Shown here: in pieces, positions 1-9,532 of the stretch
How the letters are laid out: the number at the start of each line of letters is the position of its first letter
Position numbering within the stretch: the first letter of the stretch is position 1
Source: a virus
Taxonomy: Duplodnaviria; Caudoviricetes
Strand: one strand, 5' to 3'
Length of the DNA: 64,000 bases
IMG/VR virus record: IMGVR_UViG_3300036985_003045
Notes under the pieces: generated by a model
Told to the model about the DNA's origin: nothing
The model's input: the letters and a program-made list of their open reading frames with translations, nothing else
Database searches by the model: none
Translations under genes and position numbers: made by a program

Positions 1-119
1 TCTACAATAAGTTCATTACCATTTTCTAATATGGCAGAATAACGGAAATGATACTTGTAATAAGAACTAAAAGTAACTTCTATATCACCATATTTTTCAA
101 TAAATTCTTCATAATTCAT
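1..119 (-). CDS. hypothetical protein, runs off window start
   Basis: ATG at 119 (MNYEEFIEKYGD...), frame open to position 1. Confidence 0.5.
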   Translation of the reverse strand, partial: MNYEEFIEKYGDIEVTFSSYYKYHFRYSAILENGNELIV

Positions 120-130
120 AATATAATCTC

Positions 131-388
131 TCACCCATTGACCACCCTGAATGCAATCTGTTTCGTTACAATTTCACTTTCTTCCCTCACCAATACCTCT
201 ACTTCATTAGCTCTTAGGATATAACTGGTCACTTTTGTACCACTAAACATTCCTGCATTAATACATTCTTTTGATCCAAACTTATCATTCAAGAAATCTA
301 TGGTTAATTCTTCACTTCTAATTGGTATGTAAATTTTATCATTCATAATATAATCTCTCTTATTTAAATAATTTACAAAACTTCTCAA
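131..388 (-). CDS. hypothetical early protein (start may be ATG 346)
   Basis: ORF track; co-oriented with neighbours. Confidence 0.55.
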   Translation of the reverse strand: MRSFVNYLNKRDYIMNDKIYIPIRSEELTIDFLNDKFGSKECINAGMFSGTKVTSYILRANEVEVLVREESEIVTKQIAFRVVNG

Positions 389-460
389 CTAAATAGGGGA
401 AACTTAAAACAGCCCACCCAAACCCCATTGACATAATCGTATAAAACCATTCAACATTAC

Positions 461-703
461 TCATAACTCATACCCACTAGTGAATCTATCAACTCTGAAA
501 TAATTTACTTCATCAAATGAAACTAGATATCGGGGAACTTCAGTTTTAACATCATCAACTGTCCAACTATAATTTCTTACTTCAGCATCTTTTACAACAC
601 CAACTACTGCATCAACAACACCGTTGATTACAACACCAACAGTCAATCCGATAACTGAAGTAGGATCTTTTTTCATCATTTCAAGTATATACATGTTATG
701 CAC
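461..703 (-). CDS. hypothetical early protein
   Basis: ORF track; overlaps stop of upstream ORF. Confidence 0.6.
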   Translation of the reverse strand: MHNMYILEMMKKDPTSVIGLTVGVVINGVVDAVVGVVKDAEVRNYSWTVDDVKTEVPRYLVSFDEVNYFRVDRFTSGYEL

Positions 704-896
704 TCACTTTGTTAAAAAGTTCATTCCACATTATCTTTTGTTGTATGTACTTATAAAATGATAAAGCAGGAATACCATTAGCACGACATTCAAAACTTGA
801 TTCTTCCCAACCTTCATAGAACATATCCATTTCTTCTTTAGTAGAACTACCAAGTTCTGTCATTAAGGATTTTTCAGCAGGAGTAAATGATTTCAT
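696..896 (-). CDS. hypothetical early protein
   Basis: First ORF behind promoter cassette; GAGG RBS. Confidence 0.7.
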   Translation of the reverse strand: MKSFTPAEKSLMTELGSSTKEEMDMFYEGWEESSFECRANGIPALSFYKYIQQKIMWNELFNKVSA

Positions 897-920
897 AATA
901 TATAGCCTCTTTAATTAGTT

Positions 921-966
921 TATGGGTCTATTATATCATGTATTTTGGAAATGTAAACGTTTTATT
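921..966 (-). promoter_or_regulatory. T4-early-type sigma70 promoter cassette
   Basis: GTTTAC (953-958), 17 nt, TATAAT (930-935); A-rich UP element. Confidence 0.85.
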
Positions 967-1171
967 TCACTTTGTGTGAATATTTTTCATATTTATCTTT
1001 ACTTGATTTCTTTATATCAATAAGCATATCTGGATTATTGATACGTAAATCTTCAAATACAATTTTACAAACTTCTTGCCATTCAATATCTTCATCTGGG
1101 TGAAATGGTATACAATCGTGATATTTTATCGACAATTCAGCATATCGCTTATTTGCTTCTTTTAGTGTCAT
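962..1171 (-). CDS. hypothetical protein
   Basis: ORF track; its TAA lies inside the promoter cassette. Confidence 0.6.
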   Translation of the reverse strand: MTLKEANKRYAELSIKYHDCIPFHPDEDIEWQEVCKIVFEDLRINNPDMLIDIKKSSKDKYEKYSHKVK

Positions 1172-1287
1172 AATTAACTCTTTGGAAAGTAGTCCATAGA
1201 TTTACTAATGCATATTTTGGACTGACAATTCCAACAAGGATAATCGCCAATCCAAATAATATGATAAAGATTCGTTCAAATATAAAT

Positions 1288-1461
1288 CTAACAATCGTAT
1301 TCATTTTTGTAATTTACACCCTCAATTCTAAGATTAACTACTTCAACGAAATCCTTTAATCTTGCTATATGATAACTAACACTATTGGAATCTATTTTCA
1401 TAGATATTTGCTTTAATAAATCAGTATAAACTTTCTTTTCTTCAGTTGTCATTTCATTCAT
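1288..1461 (-). CDS. hypothetical protein
   Basis: Shortened from track ORF to the ATG overlapping the upstream stop. Confidence 0.5.
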   Translation of the reverse strand: MNEMTTEEKKVYTDLLKQISMKIDSNSVSYHIARLKDFVEVVNLRIEGVNYKNEYDC

Positions 1462-1966
1462 AATAGTAATAAAACTCCTCAATTGTTTCTTTCCAAGATG
1501 TGTGCAATATTGCTTTACCACCTTTAGCTCGCCATTGATCTATGTTAGAAATTGTATCATCAATCAATAGTCTATCAGGTCTAGCATAAGTTTGCTTTAA
1601 TATCTTTCCAGGTACAAATATAGCAGGATATTTAATATCATAATCTTTTAACCATTGTTTTTTTTGACTTGATATAGTTTGCTTAAGTTCAATTCTAGCA
1701 GTTGATGATAATATCTTTATGGTAAAATCATATCGTTTAAATGCAAGAATATCTAAAAACCTAATACCTTCATCTAAATCTGGCATAGGATCAAGTGTAG
1801 CAAATTGCTCTTCATCGACCATAGTAGCAAATCTACCTTTATAGGCACTCTTTTCTTTACTTTTAGATGGATAGTCTACTTCAGGTTCTTCTTTAAACCT
1901 TTCTACAAATCTCTTCTTGAAATCTGCCAATACACCATCCATATCCACATATATTGTTTTAATCAT
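1454..1966 (-). CDS. HAD-family 5'(3')-deoxyribonucleotidase (NT5C-like)
   Basis: Motif I YVDMDGVLADF, motif II LSS, motif IV LIDD. Confidence 0.85.
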   Translation of the reverse strand: MIKTIYVDMDGVLADFKKRFVERFKEEPEVDYPSKSKEKSAYKGRFATMVDEEQFATLDPMPDLDEGIRFLDILAFKRYDFTIKILSSTARIELKQTISSQKKQWLKDYDIKYPAIFVPGKILKQTYARPDRLLIDDTISNIDQWRAKGGKAILHTSWKETIEEFYYYYE

Positions 1967-2259
1967 AATTTATATCTATCTTTCATGGAAAATGTTAATG
2001 GAATATCTATTAACTCAGATTCAATCTTTTTTTTTTCAAGCTTAAACTTTGCATAAGCCCAAGTTAATGGCAATATTATTAAATAATAAATTGCAGATAT
2101 TGAAAGTGTAATTAGTATATAAACCGCAGCAACTTTATCAAATGGTTTTGGTAAAAACACAAATGAAAAACATATAACTAAATGGAAAAACAATGCTATA
2201 TAAAAATAATTAATATTCTTAAATATCCACTTTAAAAACTCTACTTTATCTTGCATCAT
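1963..2259 (-). CDS. small membrane protein
   Basis: Two hydrophobic stretches; GGAG RBS before ATG 2259. Confidence 0.65.
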   Translation of the reverse strand: MMQDKVEFLKWIFKNINYFYIALFFHLVICFSFVFLPKPFDKVAAVYILITLSISAIYYLIILPLTWAYAKFKLEKKKIESELIDIPLTFSMKDRYKL

Positions 2260-2264
2260 ATCTC

Positions 2265-2444
2265 CTAACACGGACCAGTTAAATATATTCTTCTATATAC
2301 AATATAGTTATTAGCAACTATCACAAATACAATAGTCATTATACACGAAATAACTAATTCACCCGTTATAATTAAAATAAACAATGAACTAACTATTAAA
2401 AACATCAAAATAAAATCCATAGTATAAACTATAAAAGTCTTCAT
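2265..2444 (-). CDS. small membrane protein (59 aa, not in track)
   Basis: MKTFIVYTMDFILMFLIV...; ATGA overlap with upstream ORF. Confidence 0.5.
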   Translation of the reverse strand: MKTFIVYTMDFILMFLIVSSLFILIITGELVISCIMTIVFVIVANNYIVYRRIYLTGPC

Positions 2445-2602
2445 TCTACCTCTTCTTCTGTATTAACACAAACTGCCCTTTTAATCTTTTTATAATTACC
2501 TACATCTGTTTTCTGAATCAATCCAACTTCACAATCTGATGCATTTGGATATTCATATACTGCTATTTGCCCTGTAAACATTACAATTAGTAATAGGTAC
2601 AT
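2441..2602 (-). CDS. small protein with hydrophobic N-terminus (not in track)
   Basis: MYLLLIVMFTGQ...; TAATG coupling. Confidence 0.5.
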   Translation of the reverse strand: MYLLLIVMFTGQIAVYEYPNASDCEVGLIQKTDVGNYKKIKRAVCVNTEEEVE

Positions 2603-2766
2603 TAATTATTTTCCTTTCTAGCAACTAAACCAAAGTAGAACGACATAACACCTAATGCCAACCATACTGCGGGTTGTACTCCTGGATCAAACTGATTAAC
2701 TTCTATATATAATAAAGAACCAACCATCATTAATGCACCAACAACTAAACGAATTAAACCTTTCAT
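2602..2766 (-). CDS. small membrane protein (54 aa, not in track)
   Basis: MKGLIRLVVGALMM...; GAGGA RBS. Confidence 0.55.
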   Translation of the reverse strand: MKGLIRLVVGALMMVGSLLYIEVNQFDPGVQPAVWLALGVMSFYFGLVARKENN

Positions 2767-2886
2767 TTTTATATCCTCAAATATTAAAAATAAGACTAGC
2801 AGCCATATACAATATACCGGTAGTAATTGCCATTGTTATCATTTGAATTGTTTGTTTCATAATATAATATTCCTCATTTATTTAGT

Positions 2887-2933
2887 TTATGTGTCTATTA
2901 TATCATGTATTTTAGAAATGTAAACGTTTATTT
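2887..2933 (-). promoter_or_regulatory. early promoter cassette
   Basis: GTTTAC 2920-2925, 17 nt, TATAAT 2897-2902. Confidence 0.85.
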
Positions 2934-2944
2934 TCACTAAAGTA

Positions 2945-3346
2945 CTATTTAATTCCTATTCTTTCTAACACAAAGAAGGCAATTGCTCCAAAGTTAAATA
3001 CTGTTGATATCACTAATAATGAAAATAATTTGATGTTCCAATTTTTGTATTCTTGTAAATCATCACCTAGACGTTGAAGTTCTTCAAAATTTTGCATAGA
3101 TTCACTTTGATGTTCTTTAAGGTCATCTTCTCTCCATCTATTAACTTTACTAATTAACACATTAAGTCCTTCAATACACGTTTTATGCGTTTCAATTTCG
3201 TCATTACGATCTCTGATAACATCAAACAATGCGTCTTCACAACCTTTTAGTACAACTTCAAACTCATCATGTTTAACCCATTTACCAGTATCAGATTTAA
3301 TCAGTTGTGCGAACGCACCAGTAAATCTTTGCTTATATCTTTCCAT
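2945..3346 (-). CDS. hypothetical coiled-coil protein with C-terminal TM
   Basis: ORF track; hydrophobic C-terminus. Confidence 0.7.
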   Translation of the reverse strand: MERYKQRFTGAFAQLIKSDTGKWVKHDEFEVVLKGCEDALFDVIRDRNDEIETHKTCIEGLNVLISKVNRWREDDLKEHQSESMQNFEELQRLGDDLQEYKNWNIKLFSLLVISTVFNFGAIAFFVLERIGIK

Positions 3347-3347
3347 T

Positions 3348-3761
3348 TTAATACTCCATTAAATCTTCGTTATCATATGTCACAAACGCTTCAAGTTTTT
3401 CTTCATCAGTCCAAGAACTGCAATAATCATTATCATCATCACATAACTTTAGGACTTGATCTCGGGATACTACTCTATGGGATACGATAGTTTCACCGAG
3501 AGATAATTGAGAGAACTCTTTGGCTTCTTCCATTGTAACTGTATCTAATGCCCAATCTGCGTGTCCAAATGGAACTTCAACAACATAACGCATACGATAT
3601 TGTTGGATACATTCCACTAATACTAATTGCGTTTCTTCACCAGGATACGGTATGCCTCTTGCTTGTTCACTCATTTTCATATCTTCGGTTTTGTCATACC
3701 AATAATTTACTTCACCTGGATACGTTGCACCTGTTGGACCATCTTCTCTAATTTCACTCAT
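3348..3761 (-). CDS. hypothetical protein
   Basis: ORF track; ATGA overlap. Confidence 0.7.
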   Translation of the reverse strand: MSEIREDGPTGATYPGEVNYWYDKTEDMKMSEQARGIPYPGEETQLVLVECIQQYRMRYVVEVPFGHADWALDTVTMEEAKEFSQLSLGETIVSHRVVSRDQVLKLCDDDNDYCSSWTDEEKLEAFVTYDNEDLMEY

Positions 3762-4048
3762 TCTACTGCCTCATAGGTCATTTCAAAAATATCTTCACGG
3801 CATGGATAAATTTCACCCATAACACCTTGGATAATGTAATCATTCATTGTTACTCTTTGTAATCCTTCCAAAGTGACTATTGCTAAATCATCCGGACGTT
3901 CATACATAGGATATAATGCACCAGTTTCCTTTACCTCTTTCTGCCAAGCACGATGTAACCATTCTGGCCAATCACAATTAGAATTTCTTGTTACTTCTGT
4001 AATTTGAAATGCTTCAATTACTACTGGCTTCTTTCTATATTTTGCCAT
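3758..4048 (-). CDS. conserved phage protein of unknown function
   Basis: KYRKKPVVIEAFQ...GEIYPC.EDIFEMTYE signature of a recurrent phage family. Confidence 0.75.
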   Translation of the reverse strand: MAKYRKKPVVIEAFQITEVTRNSNCDWPEWLHRAWQKEVKETGALYPMYERPDDLAIVTLEGLQRVTMNDYIIQGVMGEIYPCREDIFEMTYEAVE

Positions 4049-4242
4049 TATCTTTCCTCATTTTTAAGTTGATTTAGATAATCTTCCCATTCTTTACAAG
4101 CCACATAATGTGCCATCCTAATAATACTATCTACCATCTCATCTGTCGCTTGAGCAACTCTGTATGCAACATATGGTTCTTTTGCTTTATCTAATGGTGC
4201 TTTTGCATAAAGTTCTTGTAGTGCTTTAATTTTATTATTCAT
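4048..4242 (-). CDS. hypothetical protein
   Basis: ORF track; GAGGA RBS. Confidence 0.6.
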   Translation of the reverse strand: MNNKIKALQELYAKAPLDKAKEPYVAYRVAQATDEMVDSIIRMAHYVACKEWEDYLNQLKNEER

Positions 4243-4402
4243 TTTCTTTCCTCAAGTTAAAAGTACCATCATTGTTATCTATCCAAATTATTTTATCACC
4301 ATCAAACCATTTCAATTCTTCTAATAGTTCATCCGGAAGTTTAATTATCAAATCATTATCTGGACCAAACTCATAGACCTCAGTTGTATATGTTTTCATT
4401 AT

Positions 4403-4636
4403 TCAATTCCAAAGTGAAGGTCTTGATATGAATTCAAGACTCGTTTCAGCAAATTTTGATTTTGAGCCCTCACAGGTAATATAATAACCATCTGATACAA
4501 AAAGATGACCTTCGACTAATTCAATTGATTCGATAATTTTTACCTTACCGTCATTTATCCATTTAGGTCCAAAACTACGAAATAAAACCTCTTCAATAAT
4601 TTTTACTTTATCGCCAATCTCAAATCTTGTCATCAT
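4403..4636 (-). CDS. hypothetical protein
   Basis: ORF track; GGAG RBS. Confidence 0.6.
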   Translation of the reverse strand: MMTRFEIGDKVKIIEEVLFRSFGPKWINDGKVKIIESIELVEGHLFVSDGYYITCEGSKSKFAETSLEFISRPSLWN

Positions 4637-4654
4637 TTAACTCCAAAGGTTGTT

Positions 4655-4864
4655 TTATACATCTTCTCTCCAAATCTTACCACACTCTAGGCAGGTAAAC
4701 TTTTTCTCATAACCATCATCAGTAGGATCAAAGTTTCCTGTGCTACCAATATGTTCTACTGTAGTATCTATATGATTACAACACCAATCCCTAATATGCC
4801 GCAATTGCGAATTCAATTGTTCAATCTTGTCTTGGATTTCTTTTACTCGTTCTTTAGTGGACAT
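4655..4864 (-). CDS. small zinc-ribbon-like protein
   Basis: CCNH...CLECG; GAGG RBS before ATG 4864. Confidence 0.6.
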   Translation of the reverse strand: MSTKERVKEIQDKIEQLNSQLRHIRDWCCNHIDTTVEHIGSTGNFDPTDDGYEKKFTCLECGKIWREDV

Positions 4865-5126
4865 TATTAACCTCAAAATATAATTTCTTTTGTAAATCAA
4901 ACATAAACCTACAATCATCGGGGGTAAAAACTTCATCAAAATAAGCAGTTATTAAATTCAACCATTCTTTTGAACAAGTTTTATCCATACGTTTTTTCTC
5001 TAATATTCCAATGATATAATCTGATTGTGCAATTGAGCAATGTTCGTAAAAATCTATAATCTCGGTAACTAAGTCATATTCACTAAGCATAATCATTGAC
5101 TCCCAAATTCTTTTGCATTGATCCAT
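4854..5126 (-). CDS. hypothetical protein (start probably near 5096)
   Basis: ORF track. Confidence 0.55.
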   Translation of the reverse strand: MDQCKRIWESMIMLSEYDLVTEIIDFYEHCSIAQSDYIIGILEKKRMDKTCSKEWLNLITAYFDEVFTPDDCRFMFDLQKKLYFEVNNVH

Positions 5127-5299
5127 TCTTGCACACCGTGCATCTCGCTTGGTGACGCTTCAGACTTATAGTTGCATTCTGTGCAATATACACCATAGTG
5201 CTGAATGAATTTGAATGCAATATATTGTCTCAACCCAACCTTTCCACATTTGTTGCAAACTTTAGTTGTTTGTGCACAATTCCTATCTCTCATAATCAT
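5093..5299 (-). CDS. small zinc-finger protein
   Basis: CNKC and CTEC pairs. Confidence 0.6.
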   Translation of the reverse strand: MIMRDRNCAQTTKVCNKCGKVGLRQYIAFKFIQHYGVYCTECNYKSEASPSEMHGVQEWINAKEFGSQ

Positions 5300-5511
5300 T
5301 GACCCCCAAGTCTTAGGAAAGGTCCAATCTTACCAGATCCTGAGAAGAAATCCAGTGAGTCGGAAGATTCGTGAAAATGTTCTGTCGGAAGTTCTAGGTC
5401 AACCCAATGACAATAACTGCTGTATCCTGATGAATCTTCGTTGAGAACATCAACAGTGGTTTCGGGTGGAAGTGTTTGAAGATAGGTGATAAGTTCTGTT
5501 ACAGTACTCAT
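5296..5511 (-). CDS. hypothetical early protein
   Basis: First ORF behind promoter cassette. Confidence 0.65.
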   Translation of the reverse strand: MSTVTELITYLQTLPPETTVDVLNEDSSGYSSYCHWVDLELPTEHFHESSDSLDFFSGSGKIGPFLRLGGQ

Positions 5512-5541
5512 AATATAATCTCTTTTTATTAAGTATAAGTT

Positions 5542-5580
5542 ATTATACTATATCTGAGGAGAAATGTAAACGTTTTATTT
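5542..5580 (-). promoter_or_regulatory. early promoter cassette (variant)
   Basis: GTTTAC 5566-5571, 18 nt, TATAAT 5542-5547. Confidence 0.7.
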
Positions 5581-5856
5581 TAGTTTTTCTAAATCTTTTT
5601 TCAATCTTTCGTGAAATGTTTCCTCTCCATCATCTCCAGAAAGCAACCAATCTATTCTTTGGGTATAAACCATTGCTTGTTTTAAATACCATACAGCCAA
5701 TTTGAATTCTTGTATAGTATCTTCGCTGAATCCATTACCTCTTTTATCATTATATTCATTAACTTCTTCTGAATCATTATAATAGATTTCATCTTCAATA
5801 TCTGCTGAGATTTGGGCTAGGTTATACTGACTATGGTTGAAAAATCCGCCACTCAT
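5575..5856 (-). CDS. conserved hypothetical phage protein
   Basis: MSGGFFNH...RIDWLLSGDDGEETFHERL; stop inside promoter cassette. Confidence 0.7.
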   Translation of the reverse strand: MSGGFFNHSQYNLAQISADIEDEIYYNDSEEVNEYNDKRGNGFSEDTIQEFKLAVWYLKQAMVYTQRIDWLLSGDDGEETFHERLKKDLEKLK

Positions 5857-6146
5857 TCCTCAACTCCTAATTGTAATACCTCATTCTTTTCCTGCAAACC
5901 TAATTTCCTTCTCACAAGCATTTGGTATGCTGTTATTATTTCTTCATCACTCAAAGGCTCACGTTTTGCATCTTCTACACCTTGTCGGTAATTAACCCAA
6001 TCTGGTTTAAAAGGCTCTTGCTCAGATTGTGCCAATAAATCTTTAATCTCGCCAACAATCAAATCAGTTTGTCTTTGTAAAGGTTCCATATTAGAGCATT
6101 CCAACAATACCTTTACTCTTCTCAATAAAGCTCTTTCAGCACTCAT
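5853..6146 (-). CDS. hypothetical protein
   Basis: ORF track; ATGA overlap. Confidence 0.6.
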   Translation of the reverse strand: MSAERALLRRVKVLLECSNMEPLQRQTDLIVGEIKDLLAQSEQEPFKPDWVNYRQGVEDAKREPLSDEEIITAYQMLVRRKLGLQEKNEVLQLGVEE

Positions 6147-6278
6147 AATCTTTTTCTCAGTTCATTAAATTTATTAAAAATACATTTAAGCATCTTATAC
6201 ATTGTAGCCAATATTAAACCACCAGACAATACACTGATAACTATAAAATTAATTAATTGCAAATCAGTTACTGGCACA

Positions 6279-6542
6279 CTAACCACCTTGATGATATGTA
6301 GGATTCTGTGTGGGATTCCTATCTACTGACCCACACCATTCTGAACCATCATATTCAATCGGGAAGTAAACGTGCCAAGTTGTCCAAAGTGTAAATGGTA
6401 ATCCTGCGGTTCCACCATAACCAGCATCAAACTCAATATCAAGTTCTTCTTCAGTTAAGGTAGTCACATAATTAGTGATATCCTTATCTTTATTTTCCAA
6501 CATCCTTTGCATTATTTCTTTACGCCAAGTTGTCATTCTCAT
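6279..6542 (-). CDS. hypothetical protein
   Basis: ORF track. Confidence 0.65.
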   Translation of the reverse strand: MRMTTWRKEIMQRMLENKDKDITNYVTTLTEEELDIEFDAGYGGTAGLPFTLWTTWHVYFPIEYDGSEWCGSVDRNPTQNPTYHQGG

Positions 6543-6838
6543 AATTTCACCTTTATCATCATAAATAGATTAATATCTGCAAGCATTTTGTTTGTTTTTT
6601 CAATTGAAGTATAAGAACCATGATCCCATTCTAAATCATATTCGTAAATCTGATTCAAAGTTGTTTTATCTTTTGAGATGATTGAAATTAATCGATTCCC
6701 TTCATCAATAACAAAGTCATATTCATTAGGATAAAAATCATCATCCCACTTAATCATATACTTGCCAGTATCAAAGTGTTCTTTAACTTTCTTCGCCCAC
6801 TTAAGGACATTGTTCCATCGGGCTTCATAAATGTTCAT
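6539..6838 (-). CDS. hypothetical protein
   Basis: Track ORF trimmed to ATG 6838 directly after upstream stop. Confidence 0.6.
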   Translation of the reverse strand: MNIYEARWNNVLKWAKKVKEHFDTGKYMIKWDDDFYPNEYDFVIDEGNRLISIISKDKTTLNQIYEYDLEWDHGSYTSIEKTNKMLADINLFMMIKVKL

Positions 6839-6839
6839 C

Positions 6840-7031
6840 TTAATAACTAGACAAACCTTCTTGTAGAAACTTACCAAATTCTTCAGCAATTTCTTTCTCA
6901 CCTTTCCATTCAAGAAAGTCTTGGATACATTTACCAGTCATCCAGTCCTCTGGTCCATACCATTCATCACTATTTGAATCTAAAGTCTTTATAAATTTCT
7001 TCAAATCATTCAAATCTATTGTTACTTTCAT
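6840..7031 (-). CDS. hypothetical early protein
   Basis: First ORF behind promoter cassette; GAGGA RBS. Confidence 0.65.
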   Translation of the reverse strand: MKVTIDLNDLKKFIKTLDSNSDEWYGPEDWMTGKCIQDFLEWKGEKEIAEEFGKFLQEGLSSY

Positions 7032-7054
7032 TTCACTTTCCTCATTAATTTAAT

Positions 7055-7101
7055 TTATGAGTCTATTATATCATGCTTTCTATAAATGTAAACGTTTATT
7101 T
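7055..7101 (-). promoter_or_regulatory. early promoter cassette
   Basis: GTTTAC 7088-7093, 17 nt, TATAAT 7065-7070. Confidence 0.85.
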
Positions 7102-7104
7102 TCA

Positions 7105-7896
7105 CTAAATGTCAATATATTTTAGTTCAAAAGTATCGGCAATTGCTTCATAACCAGCATATCCTCTCGGATTACAAACAACTCTAGTTTTGCCGATCAT
7201 ATAATCGTGTGCAGTATGAGTATGACCATGAATCCAGACCTTAATCTGAGGTCTATTGGTAATGAACTCCTCAAGGTTAGAATGAAATCCACCATTCATT
7301 AATTTATCTTTCTCAAATTCCTTTGAAACACTTCTAAAACTAGGAGAATGATGACCAACTACAACATAATCTCCTTCACCTACTATATCCCAAATGAACT
7401 TCAACATCCTACGATGTTCAAGAATAGCATCATTTGGACTGAACTTTACAATTCCATTCTTAATAATCCTAAAGTCATTCATCCGTGTAAGCATATATTC
7501 TTTAGTAGCAGGATCTTCGTTGTTCATATCAGACCAAAGAGTTCCACAGATAAAGGTAGTTCCAGCAATGGTAATTACTTCTCTATCAAGAATATGTAGA
7601 TTAGGTAGATAACCAAGATTTGTCTTTAATCTACCTATTGTATCGTAGAACTGATGATGATAATGTTCATGGTTACCCATAATATAGATAACCTTTTCAA
7701 ACTTATCACAACAATCCTTGAAAAAGTTATGGATTCGTTGACTTCTAAAGTACCCGATATCAATATCATTTAATGAATCTAAATCTGTAACAGTACAAAT
7801 ATCACCAGCCAATACCAATACCTTAGCATCTTCTGTGTTATTAATTTCAAGGGCTCTGATTTCCAGGTGGATATCTGAGCCATAAGCAATTTTCAT
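7105..7896 (-). CDS. calcineurin-like metallophosphoesterase
   Basis: SDIHLE, LAGDI, GNHEHY, GHH, HGHTH, NPRGY motifs. Confidence 0.9.
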   Translation of the reverse strand: MKIAYGSDIHLEIRALEINNTEDAKVLVLAGDICTVTDLDSLNDIDIGYFRSQRIHNFFKDCCDKFEKVIYIMGNHEHYHHQFYDTIGRLKTNLGYLPNLHILDREVITIAGTTFICGTLWSDMNNEDPATKEYMLTRMNDFRIIKNGIVKFSPNDAILEHRRMLKFIWDIVGEGDYVVVGHHSPSFRSVSKEFEKDKLMNGGFHSNLEEFITNRPQIKVWIHGHTHTAHDYMIGKTRVVCNPRGYAGYEAIADTFELKYIDI

Positions 7897-7897
7897 A

Positions 7898-8179
7898 TTA
7901 TACTCCGTAAAATTGTTTCATAACTAAAAAACCGGCATGAGTTATTCCTACAAGAGAATCTCTTCCTTCTCCTTCATGCCAAACTAAATCAGCATTGATT
8001 AAACTTGCTAAGGTTCCTTTATCTGATGCTGATTCAACGATCATGGAAGTCCAAGTAGCACTGCTAATAGGTTCACTTGATTCAATTAATGCTTTAGCAT
8101 TACCATTGAAACTGGTATAATCAGATTCGACGATTTTAGTTAATAAGTTGAGTTGTAATTCGGTAGGTTTTTTGATCAT
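7898..8179 (-). CDS. hypothetical early protein, possibly winged helix
   Basis: First ORF behind promoter; L..LINADLV...ITHAG pattern. Confidence 0.6.
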   Translation of the reverse strand: MIKKPTELQLNLLTKIVESDYTSFNGNAKALIESSEPISSATWTSMIVESASDKGTLASLINADLVWHEGEGRDSLVGITHAGFLVMKQFYGV

Positions 8180-8205
8180 GATATAATATTCCTCATTTAT
8201 TTAAT

Positions 8206-8254
8206 TTATGGGTCTATTATATCATGCTTTCTGAGAATGTAAACGTTTTATTTT
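8206..8254 (-). promoter_or_regulatory. early promoter cassette
   Basis: GTTTAC 8239-8244, 17 nt, TATAAT 8216-8221. Confidence 0.85.
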
Positions 8255-8424
8255 AAAATAACTATATCCATTGGATCATAATGGATAACTTGATTAATTT
8301 TATTATTCACCCAGACTATAATATTACCACGATTAGATATATCAACTCTATCAATAACAAGATGTTCATTATTTTTTATAATGACTTGACCTTTGGTTAA
8401 ATCCCGTGCTCTATAGGTTTGCAT
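8248..8424 (-). CDS. hypothetical protein (58 aa, not in track)
   Basis: MQTYRARDLTKG...; starts next to upstream stop, ends at cassette TAA. Confidence 0.55.
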   Translation of the reverse strand: MQTYRARDLTKGQVIIKNNEHLVIDRVDISNRGNIIVWVNNKINQVIHYDPMDIVILK

Positions 8425-8694
8425 TTAGTCCTCGTATTTCCAATCTTTTAATTCAACATTAACAAAGTTCTTTGGGTGCCATCTAGTCATTATGAAATGT
8501 AATCTTGTATGATAACATTCCTTCATAATATCATCATCCATTTCATCTATTAAATCCCTTAACTCTTGTATAGAACAACAAAAAGTTATTGTTGAAATGT
8601 CTACATTAGGAAACGGATAAGAATTAATTATGACTTCTTCATTATCCGTTTCCTGATCGCGTTCTACTACATCTACCCATAATATTTTTTTCAT
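8425..8694 (-). CDS. hypothetical protein
   Basis: ORF track; ATGA overlap. Confidence 0.6.
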   Translation of the reverse strand: MKKILWVDVVERDQETDNEEVIINSYPFPNVDISTITFCCSIQELRDLIDEMDDDIMKECYHTRLHFIMTRWHPKNFVNVELKDWKYED

Positions 8695-9098
8695 TTTATA
8701 ACAGTTCTTATTGTTTGAACATCAGTGTTTGGTACTGCAAAGATTCTTGCTCTATAAGTTAATAACATATCATGAGGATTAGTTTGTTTAGTAAATTCAA
8801 TATAATTACTTTTCATTAATTTATCTACTAATGCTCGGGCCAATTCTTGTTTAATTTCATCCTCAGATAACTGATAGTGTCGCAATATAAAATGACTTTC
8901 AGGTTGTTCTTCAATAAACATTTCACCTTTAATTTGAACTAATGAGACTGGCATGTCCACGGAATAACTTGACTTGTATATTATCGGTTGAGGTCCAGTA
9001 GAACTACCTAGAGCAGTAACACCTATTGATGTACTTATATTTGAGGTACTAATACCTGTCGCAACATAAAAATCATCTTGTGGTGTTGCAAATTCCAT
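8691..9098 (-). CDS. hypothetical protein
   Basis: ORF track; GAGGA RBS. Confidence 0.65.
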   Translation of the reverse strand: MEFATPQDDFYVATGISTSNISTSIGVTALGSSTGPQPIIYKSSYSVDMPVSLVQIKGEMFIEEQPESHFILRHYQLSEDEIKQELARALVDKLMKSNYIEFTKQTNPHDMLLTYRARIFAVPNTDVQTIRTVIK

Positions 9099-9099
9099 A

Positions 9100-9354
9100 T
9101 CAATTCCTCATCCAAATAAACAATAATGCAGCAACTGCCACAAACAATGCAATAGATAAACCAACAATGATATCGTGCATCTTTTCTAACTTAATTTCAT
9201 CCACAACAGCCAAACTATTTCTGGCTCTCCAAGACTTTTCAACTAACTTATTAGAATCTAATACTGTTTGGTTATGATCATCATAAGTAACCCAATACCC
9301 ATCTTTATCTTCTACCATTGGCATAGGAACGCCGTCGTGATTATATCGTTTCAT
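9100..9354 (-). CDS. hypothetical protein with C-terminal TM
   Basis: IIVGLSIALFVAVAALLFIW. Confidence 0.65.
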   Translation of the reverse strand: MKRYNHDGVPMPMVEDKDGYWVTYDDHNQTVLDSNKLVEKSWRARNSLAVVDEIKLEKMHDIIVGLSIALFVAVAALLFIWMRN

Positions 9355-9532
9355 TTTTTATCCTGGAGTAGGCTTCATTAACAAGTTTCTTTGCCAGATT
9401 ATGACTAGAACCATCTTTCACTAATTGTTTAACAGATTTCTTTTTTGCTGCTTTAATCTGTTTATCTGATTTCCATTGCATAAGCGATTGTTGCATTTCA
9501 TATCCTATTTTAGTTAAAACTTTCTTCAACAT
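9341..9532 (-). CDS. hypothetical basic protein
   Basis: ORF track. Confidence 0.55.
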   Translation of the reverse strand: MLKKVLTKIGYEMQQSLMQWKSDKQIKAAKKKSVKQLVKDGSSHNLAKKLVNEAYSRIKNETI